From Anaerolineae bacterium (GTDB lineage: Bacteria; Chloroflexota; Anaerolineae; B4-G1; SLSP01): a stretch of 64,000 nt of DNA. The position numbers and the translations under genes were made by a program. The notes below the pieces were generated by a model. The model worked only from the letters and a program-made list of their open reading frames with translations. It had not been told where the DNA came from and made no database searches. This document shows positions 33,132 through 42,992 of this stretch, piece after piece (the first letter of the stretch is position 1; every line of letters starts with the position of its first letter). Location: contig JAXGPC010000002.1 in assembly GCA_040767155.1 (NCBI GenBank), forward strand, positions 806,863 to 870,862. The letters run 5' to 3'.

Positions 33132-33179
33132 CCCCCCTCCCGGCCTCCCCCCGCGCGGCAGACCACGCGAGGGGAGGGG
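33132..33179. repeat. REP-like C-rich/G-rich palindrome
   Basis: CCCCCCTCCCGG leader, then a 15-bp stem CCTCCCCCCGCGCGG-CAGA-CCACGCGAGGGGAGG. Both mismatches become G-U on the minus strand. Confidence 0.5.
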
Positions 33180-33231
33180 CAAGACTGCGGAACGGCTTGC
33201 CCGCGGTCCGAGAGGGGCGACAGACGGGACG

Positions 33232-35211
33232 CTATCCCATCTTCTTGAGCTGGGCGTCGATCTCCTGCCGCAGTTTCTCGATTTCGGCCCTGGCTTGCGC
33301 CTCCTGTTGACCGAGCCCCTTGAGCGAAGCTTCACTCTGCTCGAGTTGCTCGATGTACTGTACGCGGAGTGCCCCTTCCTTGCCCGTCTGACCGAGGGCC
33401 TGCATGTTCCCCTGGATCTGTTGTTGGGCCTTGAAGATTGTTTCGCGGTCTTTGCCGATCTCGACGAGGCGGGCCTCGAGACCTGCGATCTGCTCCCAGA
33501 GCGACAGAAGCCGTGTGAGCTGATCGAGATCCTGCCGCTTGAGCAGGCCCTGCTGCAGGTAACGCTGGAGGACGCTATACGACTGGCGCTGGATCTCCTC
33601 ACGGCGCCACTGGAGCTGGCGTTCGCGGACCGTGAACTTGGCCTCGCCTCGGGGGGCAACCGTCACCTCGAAGCGCAGGTGGTCGTCCGAGCGTTCTTTG
33701 GGGTTGGGCGTATCGAAGAGATCGTATTGTGCGTTGCGTGGATGTTCGACCAGAACTGTGACGGGATCGCCCGTGCGATTGCTGAGCTGGTACTCATGTC
33801 CGTGGATTTCCCATTCCTCGAACTGCAGGAAGGCCCCCTTGATCTGCAAGCCGCGAACTTCGCGTGAGGTGTTGGTCGTTTCGCTCACTTTAACACCGAG
33901 TTCTACGGCATAGGGTACAACGAGTTCGTCTCCCACGACGGTGAAGGGGAGCAGAGCTTCGCCCACGTACTCGCCGCGCTCGATTACGGTGACAGGGCCG
34001 CGCTCCAGGGTGAGCCCGGTCTCGTTATGCAGTCGCAGTGTGGCCACGGGGTGGGTCGCCATCTTGCGCCCGTTATAGAGCAGGTCTTTGCGGTAGCTCA
34101 GGGTAGCCTGGGCAATGGGGACCATCGCCGATTGGCCGCGACTCACGGTGACGGGCGTGGCGATGGTGTACTGGAAGAGCTCGCCCAGGGCTGTGCCAGC
34201 CGACTCCGCAGTGACGGCCTGCTCCATAGCGTCGATGTCGATGCGATGCGCCGCTTTCGCCATCCTTGCTGGCGCCGCGGCGCGAAGCGACTCCGCCATT
34301 GGGGCAGCCATCGGAGCGGCAGCCCCCATTGCGGCGCCGGCCATATCGCGGGCGGCACCGAAGGCTACGGGCGCCTTGGCGACGCGGGCTTCCTCCTCGA
34401 TCCGGGGGCGCTCCGGTGTGAAGGGGGTGTAGAGGTTGTAGACAAAGGAGATGGGCATTCCGGCGATGAGTGAGAGCTGGATTCCGTCGAGGTCCTCTTC
34501 CAGACGGTTGTCAAAGATGCCCCATGCCTGCATCAGGGCACGGCCGCTGCCTGGGGCGAGGATACGCCCTGGGGCGTCCTGATCCGCAGGCTCCGCGACG
34601 AGGCGGTAACTGACGCGCCAGGTAGGCGCCGGGGCGATGTAGCTGACCGATAGGTCGTGCTCACCCGGCGTGAGGCGTATCGTGACGCTGCGGAAGGCCT
34701 CCTGGCTGAGGGACGTCTGCAGGAAGAAGCGGAGATCGCCGGCCCCGCGCTCGTCGAGGATCTGCACGCCTTGAACGCGGGCGAGTGGAACGACGCGAAC
34801 GTGATCGGCCCCGTCACCCAGGACGGACACCAGGGCCGTGGCGAGCGGCTCGCGCGTCGGGGCGTCATCGAGCCCCACGAGCGTGCCGGTGACCGCTTCT
34901 GCCTGATCGAGAAGCACGGTGACGCGGCGCCCGCGGAGGCTCACGAGCAGGTCCTGCAGACTGCGCGAGTCACTCAGCCTGATCGAACAGCCTTCGAGAC
35001 GTTCGTCACGGCTCTGAGGCGTGGCGTAGTCGATGCCCAGTATTTGTCCTCCGTCCCAGTCGATGGCGGTGAGGCTCTTGAGGATATCGTCCATCTCCTC
35101 CACCCGGAAGGAGAGCTCGATCTTGTCGGTCGCCAGGGTTGCCCGGCGCTCGTAGAAACCCACGCCGTGTTTGTACAACGTCATCCGCGTGATCGGGAGG
35201 TGTGACATCAT
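33232..35211 (-). CDS. DUF4139-like protein with C-terminal coiled coil
   Basis: LPITRMTLYKHGVGFYER, DDILKSL, VSYIAPAPTWRVSYRL, GELFQY...VTVSRGQSAMVP, LERGPVTV...YVGEA. Confidence 0.75.
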   Translation of the reverse strand: MMSHLPITRMTLYKHGVGFYERRATLATDKIELSFRVEEMDDILKSLTAIDWDGGQILGIDYATPQSRDERLEGCSIRLSDSRSLQDLLVSLRGRRVTVLLDQAEAVTGTLVGLDDAPTREPLATALVSVLGDGADHVRVVPLARVQGVQILDERGAGDLRFFLQTSLSQEAFRSVTIRLTPGEHDLSVSYIAPAPTWRVSYRLVAEPADQDAPGRILAPGSGRALMQAWGIFDNRLEEDLDGIQLSLIAGMPISFVYNLYTPFTPERPRIEEEARVAKAPVAFGAARDMAGAAMGAAAPMAAPMAESLRAAAPARMAKAAHRIDIDAMEQAVTAESAGTALGELFQYTIATPVTVSRGQSAMVPIAQATLSYRKDLLYNGRKMATHPVATLRLHNETGLTLERGPVTVIERGEYVGEALLPFTVVGDELVVPYAVELGVKVSETTNTSREVRGLQIKGAFLQFEEWEIHGHEYQLSNRTGDPVTVLVEHPRNAQYDLFDTPNPKERSDDHLRFEVTVAPRGEAKFTVRERQLQWRREEIQRQSYSVLQRYLQQGLLKRQDLDQLTRLLSLWEQIAGLEARLVEIGKDRETIFKAQQQIQGNMQALGQTGKEGALRVQYIEQLEQSEASLKGLGQQEAQARAEIEKLRQEIDAQLKKMG

Positions 35212-35218
35212 TCTCTCC

Positions 35219-35959
35219 TTATGACTCTGCTGACTTCACCCACGCTGCAAGGAAACTGAGAAGCGCCTCTGTGGAAATGCGGCCCACCTCTTCCGATGCA
35301 TAGGCGCGCGGGTCGATGCCGACGAGGCCATAGTTGGGGTGGCCTGCGTACTCGGACCCCATCCAGTTGACGCTCTCGTCCGGCCCGCCGAGATCGTCCT
35401 GCCGGCCCGCTCTTAGCCGGTCCATATCGACCAGCTCGGGCAGCAAGTACAACATATACGACGTCTCAGCTTTGGCCGCATGGTCGCCGCTGGCGCCGGG
35501 CGCCTCATTCTCGACGAGGACCATCACAGCCATCGTGCCCCCTGCGGCAAGGTAGGCATCGCGGGCCGCATCGAGATACTCCGTGCGATTGGGGTAATGG
35601 CCCGACAGCAAGATCACCTTGCGATAGCCGTCGCGTTCGAAGCCGTGAAGGAGCTCGGTGACGATCCGTGTCATCGGTTCGGGCGAGATCATGAAGGAGG
35701 TGGGCCAGTCGGTGTGACCACCCCCGGCGCCGAAGTAGACGGGCGGATAGACCACGCCGCCGATACGGGACGCCAGTCCGACCAGCTGCTCATGCGCCTT
35801 CACGGCATCCAGTCCCACCGGGTTATGGTAGCCGTGCCATTCGATTGAGCCGAAGGGCACGTAGATGGCGGGCTGTTGCGCCTTCGCAGCAGCGATCACC
35901 TCAGGACGCATGCGTTCGAGCCGAACCTCGGTTGTCAGGTAGTCGGAGTAATGGGCCAT
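35219..35959 (-). CDS. Creatininase/creatinine amidohydrolase family protein
   Basis: PFGSIEWHGYHNPVGLD, LSGH, DHAAKAETS metal-binding motifs. Confidence 0.9.
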   Translation of the reverse strand: MAHYSDYLTTEVRLERMRPEVIAAAKAQQPAIYVPFGSIEWHGYHNPVGLDAVKAHEQLVGLASRIGGVVYPPVYFGAGGGHTDWPTSFMISPEPMTRIVTELLHGFERDGYRKVILLSGHYPNRTEYLDAARDAYLAAGGTMAVMVLVENEAPGASGDHAAKAETSYMLYLLPELVDMDRLRAGRQDDLGGPDESVNWMGSEYAGHPNYGLVGIDPRAYASEEVGRISTEALLSFLAAWVKSAES

Positions 35960-35974
35960 TGGACTTGCTCTCTT

Positions 35975-36964
35975 TCAGGCCAACGTCTTGGCTCGCTCGC
36001 GGTCGATCGACCAACGGAGCGGCTCGCCGGCGAGATAGCGCCGGCATTCGTCAATCATGTACCGACCCATCCGCCGGCACTCCCCCTCCATCGAGCCCGC
36101 AATGTGGGGGGTCAAGATGACATTGGGGAGGGTGTAGAGCGGCGAGCCCTCGACGGGAGGTTCGGGATCTGTGACATCCAGGATTGCAAAGAGGTCGGGT
36201 CGCACGCTGAGTACCTCGATCATCTCCAGTTCGCGCACGACAGCGCCGCGGGCGGTGTTGATGAAGGTGGCGCCCTCTTTCATGGAGGCGAGGTGTGCTC
36301 CGGTGATCATCCCACGGGTCTCGGGCAGGTTGGGCGTGTGTAGCGATACAACGTCGGCCTCGTGAAAGACGGTTTCGAGCGCTACGAGGCGCACGCCCAG
36401 GGCCGCGGCAGTGCCGGCGCTGACGTAGGGATCGTAGGCGATGACGTCCACATCGAGTGCACGGAGGCGCTCTGCGACCATCCGCCCGATCATGCCGAGT
36501 GAGATGAGGCCTACGGTACTGCCATAGGCGCCAGCGACAGACACCTTGTCGACCCACGCTTGTGCCTGTTTGATCGCCAGGGCGTGATGCCAGACGCGTT
36601 TGAGGCCGAGGATGATCTGTGCCAATGTGAATTCGGTGACCGGAACCGCGTTGGCGGCCCACGCGCTACAGATCGTGATGCCGCGGTCCCAGGCCGCCTC
36701 GGTAGCGAAGTAGCGGATGGAGCCTGCTCCGTAGAAGACGACTCGCAGGTTCGGGGCTGCGGACAGGAAGTCCTCGTCGAGCGGCGCCATGCCCCATCCG
36801 GAGAAGATGGCCTCAACGCTCTCCAGCATGGCTGAGTCCTCGCGGACGCTGGTGGCTGTCTGGGGCGGTGCCACGATGTCGACCAGCGCTGCAATCGTGT
36901 CACGCTCGGCCTGTCCGTAAATCCTGGCGTAAGCATCGGGATTCAGCAGGTAGATTGCTTTCAT
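35975..36964 (-). CDS. D-isomer-specific 2-hydroxyacid dehydrogenase
   Basis: VGLISLGMIG, VSLHTP, FINTARG, LDVTDPEP, LTPHIAG. Confidence 0.93.
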   Translation of the reverse strand: MKAIYLLNPDAYARIYGQAERDTIAALVDIVAPPQTATSVREDSAMLESVEAIFSGWGMAPLDEDFLSAAPNLRVVFYGAGSIRYFATEAAWDRGITICSAWAANAVPVTEFTLAQIILGLKRVWHHALAIKQAQAWVDKVSVAGAYGSTVGLISLGMIGRMVAERLRALDVDVIAYDPYVSAGTAAALGVRLVALETVFHEADVVSLHTPNLPETRGMITGAHLASMKEGATFINTARGAVVRELEMIEVLSVRPDLFAILDVTDPEPPVEGSPLYTLPNVILTPHIAGSMEGECRRMGRYMIDECRRYLAGEPLRWSIDRERAKTLA

Positions 36965-37040
36965 GGGTAGTCCTTGGATTGGGGTCCTAACGTATAAGAG
37001 AATCTGGACGTCGTCGCCTGGCTATGATGCCGCTGATTGC

Positions 37041-38177
37041 CTATCCCCTATGGCCACGTGCAATGGCTGCTATGCGCTCGAACTTCCCAAGCGAGACACC
37101 GGGCGGGCAGGAATCCGAGTTGGCCAGGACGAAGGGGCCGCCGCAGGCGTCGTCGATGACCTGCTCGACGTAGGGGTCCAGCGCCTCGATCGGCAGTGAG
37201 AGGAAATGCGTTGGCTCAATGCCACCGATGATGGCAATGGGGACGCTCGGAAGCTTACCCTGGACGCTCGGAAGCTTACCCTGGACGCCGAGCAGCTCAC
37301 GTGCCTCACGCAAGGTCACGTTGCCCGTGGGCGGGGGCGAGATCGACTCAATGCCGGCGATGCCGCTGGCCTTCATCGAAGGAAGGAGCGCGCGTACGTG
37401 GCCGCAGGCATGCTGGATGTAATGCATGCCGTTCGCCTCGAGCAGCGTGCACCACTGGTTGATCTCGGGTGCGATGTAGCGGTCATATTGGCGCGGAGAG
37501 TAGTTCTGGGTGCTCGAGTCCTCCCAGGTGAGGTAGTAGGTGTAGAACCCGGTGTCCATAGCGAGCCGTGCAGCCTCGATATCCTTTGAGACCATAGCTT
37601 CCCACAGCATCTCGACAACGTCGGGCATGTCCGCGAGCGCGTAGGCGAGCGCCTCGGTCCCGACGTAGTGTTCGACAAGCATTTGGAAGGCCGACTTGGT
37701 TCGGGGGACCAACATGCCGATCGAGAGCCCCTCACGCCCGTCGCCGGCGAGGTGCTCGCGCACCGGGCTGAGATCCACCTCGAAGCGGGTGTGCTCCTCG
37801 ATCCAGAGCTGCACAGCGAAATCGGCTGCCGTCTTGAGAGGATGCTCGATCAAGAACTCGGTGTTGCCCTGTTCGCTCCGGCGCTTCACCTGGCGCAGTG
37901 TTCCTGCCGGGGTGTGGATCTCGGTGAACGTCCTTTGTCCTCGTTGAAGGGTGGTCACGATCATCTCTGATGGCAAGACCTCCCGTACCGGGCAGGGGGC
38001 ACCACGCCAGAGCGGCGTCGCACCGATGCGCTGGTGGAAGGCGAGCTGCCCCTGCTCCTGGATAGCCCGCGGGAAGCTCTCCCAGACGTATGCCAGGAAT
38101 GGGCTGAACGGCAGATAATCGGTTGGCTCGCCCTGTAACGCAGCAACCAGTCGGTCGTGGGCCGACATAGACATCAT
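37041..38177 (-). CDS. Uroporphyrinogen decarboxylase/MtaA-like (URO-D/CIMS superfamily) protein
   Basis: RLVAALQGEPTDYLP N-terminus, YSPRQYDRYIAP, QHACG, IIGGI, FVLANSDSCP; ATGA overlap with the upstream gene. Confidence 0.82.
   Translation of the reverse strand: MMSMSAHDRLVAALQGEPTDYLPFSPFLAYVWESFPRAIQEQGQLAFHQRIGATPLWRGAPCPVREVLPSEMIVTTLQRGQRTFTEIHTPAGTLRQVKRRSEQGNTEFLIEHPLKTAADFAVQLWIEEHTRFEVDLSPVREHLAGDGREGLSIGMLVPRTKSAFQMLVEHYVGTEALAYALADMPDVVEMLWEAMVSKDIEAARLAMDTGFYTYYLTWEDSSTQNYSPRQYDRYIAPEINQWCTLLEANGMHYIQHACGHVRALLPSMKASGIAGIESISPPPTGNVTLREARELLGVQGKLPSVQGKLPSVPIAIIGGIEPTHFLSLPIEALDPYVEQVIDDACGGPFVLANSDSCPPGVSLGKFERIAAIARGHRG
37241..37288. repeat. 21-bp in-frame tandem duplication
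   Basis: GGACGCTCGGAAGCTTACCCT x2 + GGACGC; encodes VQGKLPS twice. Confidence 0.9.
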
Positions 38178-39310
38178 CCGAGCCACCCCATCATCTTCGT
38201 CAACTGACGCGTGTAGTCGACAAAGTCGGGCCACGCAATATCCGGGGGAACGCCGTGATCGCAACTGGGGATGTAGCCGCCGGTTGCCAGGAGCGGGGAG
38301 ACGACCCGGTCGAGCTCGGCGCGCATGGTAGTGCCGCCCCTGGCGAGAGCACGTTTGTCGATGCCGCCGCGGAAGGCAATCTGGTCGCCATATTGGCGCC
38401 GGTAGGCCAAGATATCATTGCCCGCAGCTACCTCCATGGGCGAGACCGCGTCGAACCCGGCTTCGATCCAGAGGGGCAGCAACTCCGCGTTGTAGCCGTC
38501 GGAGTCCATCTCCACAATTGTATCGGGGCTGGCTGCCTTGATCGCCGCGATCCATTGCTGCCAGGCTGGCATCAAGAAGCGCCGCACCATCGCGGGTGAG
38601 ATCATGCTGTGCAGCTTGTAGGCCATGTCCTCGTTGACGATGACGTGATCCGGCGGGGCGAGTCGCAGGATCGGCTCCAATGTCCGCAACACGAAGTTGG
38701 TCCAGAACGCCTCCATCTCCTCGACGAACTTGGGCTCATCGGCCATCAGAAGGCAGAGGCCCTCCATCCCGCACCATTCGCGGAGCTGCCAGAAGGCACC
38801 ACTGAAGGCGATCGTGAGCACCGTGTCTCGCTCCCGGAGCACGGTACAGCGGGCCTCAAAGTCGTCCGGGAAGCGGCCTGGGGCGGCTGGGTCGTAGCGC
38901 CAGCGGATCTTCTCCTCCCAATCACGGCGCGTCTTGACCGGGAAGCTGTGCCACTTGCGCGTGACGAAGTCCTTGGCGGACCGTATATAGGTGTAGTCGT
39001 AGGTATCGGAGATCTCGGTGATGGCGCCCATCCAGTCCTGGACAATGAAGTGGCCATCGCGGTGCTCCAGCACGCGCTCCTCAAAGGTCGGGATCATGAT
39101 CAAGGAGACACCGAGGTCCACGGTCGGGCGGGTTGGTTCTGTCTCGATGCCCAGGAGCTCCAACAGGTACGGATACCAGTGCACGCCCTCGGGCAAGCCC
39201 TGCTGGTGCCATGCGGCAAGCGTCGACTCCCGCGGACCGCCGGGCTGCAACGGCACCCGGTCGGGCCTGCGAAAGTGCATCGTGTCAAGGAAGCGTTGTC
39301 TGGGAGTCAT
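38174..39310 (-). CDS. Uroporphyrinogen decarboxylase family (URO-D/CIMS superfamily) protein
   Basis: MTPRQRF...PDRVP, NEDMAYK..MISP, DSDG, PMEVAAGND, GGIDK, GGYIPSCDHGVPPD. Confidence 0.85.
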   Translation of the reverse strand: MTPRQRFLDTMHFRRPDRVPLQPGGPRESTLAAWHQQGLPEGVHWYPYLLELLGIETEPTRPTVDLGVSLIMIPTFEERVLEHRDGHFIVQDWMGAITEISDTYDYTYIRSAKDFVTRKWHSFPVKTRRDWEEKIRWRYDPAAPGRFPDDFEARCTVLRERDTVLTIAFSGAFWQLREWCGMEGLCLLMADEPKFVEEMEAFWTNFVLRTLEPILRLAPPDHVIVNEDMAYKLHSMISPAMVRRFLMPAWQQWIAAIKAASPDTIVEMDSDGYNAELLPLWIEAGFDAVSPMEVAAGNDILAYRRQYGDQIAFRGGIDKRALARGGTTMRAELDRVVSPLLATGGYIPSCDHGVPPDIAWPDFVDYTRQLTKMMGWLG

Positions 39311-40283
39311 AGGCCCTTCGCGCCGCTGCGTCGGCGCGCGCACGGATGAGCATCCGTGTCGGATGGAGCTCCTCTTCCAGGGTGAGCGGCATCGGAGCGT
39401 CGGTCAAGATCGAGGCCAGCGCCAGGTCGATCCACTCTGGACCGGGCTCGGTGATGGTCAGGGGGCCGCGGTCTTCACCGTTGAGGACCAGACGTGTTCG
39501 CGTGCCGCCGTCGGTTGATTCCAGGAAGCCCTGGGTACCGAAGATGCGCACCATTTCATTGCCGTGAAGGCCGAAGGCTGGCGGGTTGAGGTAATTGCAG
39601 GCAATACTCGCGACACCGCCGTTAGCCAGCCGCACCATCATCGATGCCGCGACCCGGAGCTCGCCCTCGCCAGGATTGCCGAGCTGGGTATCGATGGCCC
39701 AGATCTGATCGACGGGCTGGCCGGCGGTGAACTCGACGAAGCGCAGTGCGTGGACGCCGACTTGCAGGATCAGGCCACCGTCAACGTCCTCGTCCTGAGG
39801 GCGGTTGTGGTGCAGTGGGTAGGACTTCTGGACGATTACCTGGACGACCTCTCCCAGTGTGCCGGCTTGCACCACTTGACGCATCGCCCAGTAGGGCTGC
39901 GTGGATGCAGAGCCGGACCACATCTCGTGAAAAGAACGCCCTGTCGCCCGCGAGGTGGCGATGATGGCGTCGAGTTCCGCTTCGGTCATCGCTGCGGGCT
40001 TCTCCGCATGGACGTGCTTTCCGGCCTGCATGCAGCGGATGGCTTCCTGTGCCTGGTCGCGACGGCGGGGCGAACAGAGCGAAACCAGGTCGACACGGTC
40101 ATCGGCAAGCAACGCGTCGAGCGTAGCGTAGACACGAAGCGCTGGATCCGCCTGGAGGGATTCGGGTAGCCGGTCGCGCTCGAACGCCGCGACTGCAACA
40201 CAGACGCCGTAGGGGTGATCGACGAGGGCCCGATGGATCTGGTGACCATTGGCGCCATAGAGACCAATCCGGATCCTGTCCAT
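39285..40283 (-). CDS. Gfo/Idh/MocA family oxidoreductase
   Basis: IRIGLYG, AGKHVHAEKP, GGLILQVGVHAL. Start ATG 40283 behind AAGGAG. Confidence 0.9.
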   Translation of the reverse strand: MDRIRIGLYGANGHQIHRALVDHPYGVCVAVAAFERDRLPESLQADPALRVYATLDALLADDRVDLVSLCSPRRRDQAQEAIRCMQAGKHVHAEKPAAMTEAELDAIIATSRATGRSFHEMWSGSASTQPYWAMRQVVQAGTLGEVVQVIVQKSYPLHHNRPQDEDVDGGLILQVGVHALRFVEFTAGQPVDQIWAIDTQLGNPGEGELRVAASMMVRLANGGVASIACNYLNPPAFGLHGNEMVRIFGTQGFLESTDGGTRTRLVLNGEDRGPLTITEPGPEWIDLALASILTDAPMPLTLEEELHPTRMLIRARADAAARRAYDSQTTLP

Positions 40284-40571
40284 AGGCTCAGACTCCTTTC
40301 CGGGTAGCGGTGAAGGGACGAGATCGATCACCAGCCGCGGTGCGTTGCCGGTGCTCATCGCTCTGCCCCGCTTTGTACCATTCGCCTTGATCGTGTCAAG
40401 CACTGGCCGGAGAGCGGGGCCGGTGCGGTGATGGCGGCCCGCTTGGCCACGCGTGGCAGAATGGCAGGTATCGGACAGGATGGCGCCGTGGTCCAAGTGG
40501 ACCCGCTTGACGTGGCGGCGCGAGGGGGGATCATCAGGTCATCCAAGTCAACCGCCCAGGAGGTCCCCACG

Positions 40572-41783
40572 GTGAGCGCAGCAGAGACGATCAAGTCGAC
40601 GCGGTTTCACGATTTCACGATCACGGTTGAGGGGCCGGACATCACCGCGGGCCAGGCGGTGAGGGTCGAGCAGACTCATCACAAGTTCCTGTTTGGGTCT
40701 GCGGCGTTCTGGCTGACGGCGCGGTTGCCCGCTGAGGTGCGGGCGACGCTCGAAGCGCGTTTCCTGGCGCTCTTCAATGCCGCGACACTGCCTTTCTACT
40801 GGGGACGCTATGAGCCTGAGGAGGGCAGGCCTGCAGAGGCGATTACCAAGGAGGCGGCCCTCTGGTGTCACGAGCATGGTATCGTCGCCAAGGGGCATCC
40901 TCTCTGCTGGCATACGGTCTGCGCGGACTGGCTGTTGGCCTATGATACGCCGACCATTCTCAACAAGCAGATGGCACGCATCACGCGCGAGGTCACAGAG
41001 TTTCGTGGCCTGATCGACACGTGGGATGTCATCAATGAGGTGGTCATCATGCCGGTCTTCGACAAATACGACAACGCTGTGACCCGGCTGGCCAACTACC
41101 TCGGCGCCGTTGAGCTCACGCTGCGCGTCTTCAAACGGGCACGCGAGTCCAACCCGGAGGCCACACTGCTGATCAACGACTTCGATCTCTCCCCTGCGTA
41201 CGAGGCTCTCATTGAGGAGCTGCTTGAGCGTGGATGCCCCATCGACGCCATCGGCCTGCAGACGCACCAGCATCAGGGCTACCGTGGCGCCGAGTATATG
41301 ATCGACGTGATCGACCGCTTTGCCAAGTTCGGCAAGCCGCTCCACTTCACCGAGAACACGCTTGTATCCGGCCAACTGATGCCGGCCAACATCGTTGACC
41401 TCAACGACTATCAGGTGAAAACGTGGCCCACGACGCCGGAGGGCGAGGCGCGGCAGCTTGCCGAGGTTGAGGAGATGACCAGCTTGATCTACGCACGACC
41501 AGAGGTGGCAGCGCTCGTGTGGTGGGATATGGTGGATGGGGGGTGGCTGGGCGCCCCTGCCGGCCTCATTCGCCAGGACCTCACTCCCAAGCCTGCCTAT
41601 CTGCGGCTACAGGAGTTGGTCAAGGGCGAATGGTGGTTTGGGGAGACGGCCCTGGTGCTGGATGCACAGCGGCAGCTCCACATGCGAGCTCCCGAAGGCA
41701 GCTACCGGCTGCAGGTAGGGAGCCGTGAGATGACTTTCTCGCTCGACAAAGCTATTCCTGCACTGACACTCGTTCTGTCGTAA
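40572..41783 (+). CDS. Glycoside hydrolase family 10 (endo-1,4-beta-xylanase-like), no signal peptide
   Basis: KGHPLCWH, WDVINE (acid/base), LLINDF, IDAIGLQTH, LHFTE (nucleophile), PKPAY. GTG start behind AGGAGG. Confidence 0.9.
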   Translation: MSAAETIKSTRFHDFTITVEGPDITAGQAVRVEQTHHKFLFGSAAFWLTARLPAEVRATLEARFLALFNAATLPFYWGRYEPEEGRPAEAITKEAALWCHEHGIVAKGHPLCWHTVCADWLLAYDTPTILNKQMARITREVTEFRGLIDTWDVINEVVIMPVFDKYDNAVTRLANYLGAVELTLRVFKRARESNPEATLLINDFDLSPAYEALIEELLERGCPIDAIGLQTHQHQGYRGAEYMIDVIDRFAKFGKPLHFTENTLVSGQLMPANIVDLNDYQVKTWPTTPEGEARQLAEVEEMTSLIYARPEVAALVWWDMVDGGWLGAPAGLIRQDLTPKPAYLRLQELVKGEWWFGETALVLDAQRQLHMRAPEGSYRLQVGSREMTFSLDKAIPALTLVLS

Positions 41784-41814
41784 GGCCCTGGAGTGTTGAC
41801 CTGTGTGCGAGGGA

Positions 41815-42888
41815 TCAGGCCCTGCGCCGCCGAGTGAGTGCGCGGAGCGCGAGCAGGCCCGCGAAGAGCGCTGCCAGTGACGTCCACACCCCACGCCAGT
41901 CAAGCGGGATCCTGGCGCTGCCATCGGGAATGAGCGGATGATCGAGCTCGAAGTGGGGGTAGAGCTCCAGGATAGCCGGTGTCTGGACGTGGGTTCGCGC
42001 AGCGAGCGCGAGGAACTCGTCGGTGAGGTACAGGATCTCGTCCCGGGCTGCGTCGGCGTGTTTGGCAAGCGCGATCTCCATGTGCTCTTTGGTGAGCACC
42101 CTGCGCAGGAATGGCACCATCAGCGGCTCCGGGATCCGGGTGTAGAGCTCGAGCTTACCCGGAGTGACGGGATACCCAAGCTCCCGCAGGACAGCGAAGC
42201 CCTCGTGAACGGCGCGGACCGCAAGCACTACCGCATCGCGGGTGCGTGCCATGCGCTTCAGGTCGGTGCCGCAGGCATACAGTGCAGCGGCGATCGAGGG
42301 CATCAGCAGCGCCACGTGGTATTTGAGCCACGCGTCCATATCGCTGCGGATCTCAGCGCCAAGCCAGGGCGTGGATGCGATGACCGAGGCGATCTCGTGT
42401 GCCCGCGCGGTCACGCTGCCATCGATCTCGCCAAAGGGAATGACCGCTTTGTCGTCCGGCGTTCCCGTGAGGCAGTGCATCGTAGCGCCATCGCGGTAGC
42501 CCGCCGACGCGGGAAAGCCGATCAAAACGCGCTCGCGACCCAGGGCCTCGATCAGGGCACCGGGACCGGCGGCGTTGTTCATGAGGAAGAGCACATCAGG
42601 TGTGTGCCGATTGGCGGCAAGCGCGGGCAGGATGGTCAGTGCGGCGTTCTTGCGCATGACCACGAGGACCAGATCATACGCGTCATCGGGCGCCAGCGTC
42701 TCGACAGCGCGCACCGGCGCTATGACTGTCTGGTCATTGGTTACGTTGTGGATGATGATGCCGTGGTCGCGGATGTCGGCGAGGCGTTGTCCTCTCGCCA
42801 ATATCGCGACATCGTGTCTGGCCTCGTGAAGCTGCTGTGCAAAGAGACTCCCCAAAGGACCTGCGCCGTAGACCAGAATCCGCATCAC
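41815..42888 (-). CDS. Ketopantoate reductase (ApbA/PanE) family oxidoreductase
   Basis: ILVYGAGPLGS, LARG, YDLVLV, FLMNN, MDAWLKYH; C-terminal TM-like tail. Confidence 0.82.
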   Translation of the reverse strand: MMRILVYGAGPLGSLFAQQLHEARHDVAILARGQRLADIRDHGIIIHNVTNDQTVIAPVRAVETLAPDDAYDLVLVVMRKNAALTILPALAANRHTPDVLFLMNNAAGPGALIEALGRERVLIGFPASAGYRDGATMHCLTGTPDDKAVIPFGEIDGSVTARAHEIASVIASTPWLGAEIRSDMDAWLKYHVALLMPSIAAALYACGTDLKRMARTRDAVVLAVRAVHEGFAVLRELGYPVTPGKLELYTRIPEPLMVPFLRRVLTKEHMEIALAKHADAARDEILYLTDEFLALAARTHVQTPAILELYPHFELDHPLIPDGSARIPLDWRGVWTSLAALFAGLLALRALTRRRRA

Positions 42889-42992
42889 ACGCCTCCCCGG
42901 GCACGCTGCGCCCCCACCATCTGACAGATTGGATCTCCAGCAGGCTCTAACCTAATAATTAGCTCGCTTTCGGCCCTCTAACCATCGACAAG

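Noticed and set aside
32734-33867. 377-aa plus-strand ORF spanning the convergent gap
   Set aside because: Crosses two real genes and two hairpins; composition is not protein-like.
37041-39310. Calling the URO-D-like genes hemE
   Set aside because: Both lack the HemE WxMRQAGR motif and there are no haem biosynthesis neighbours.
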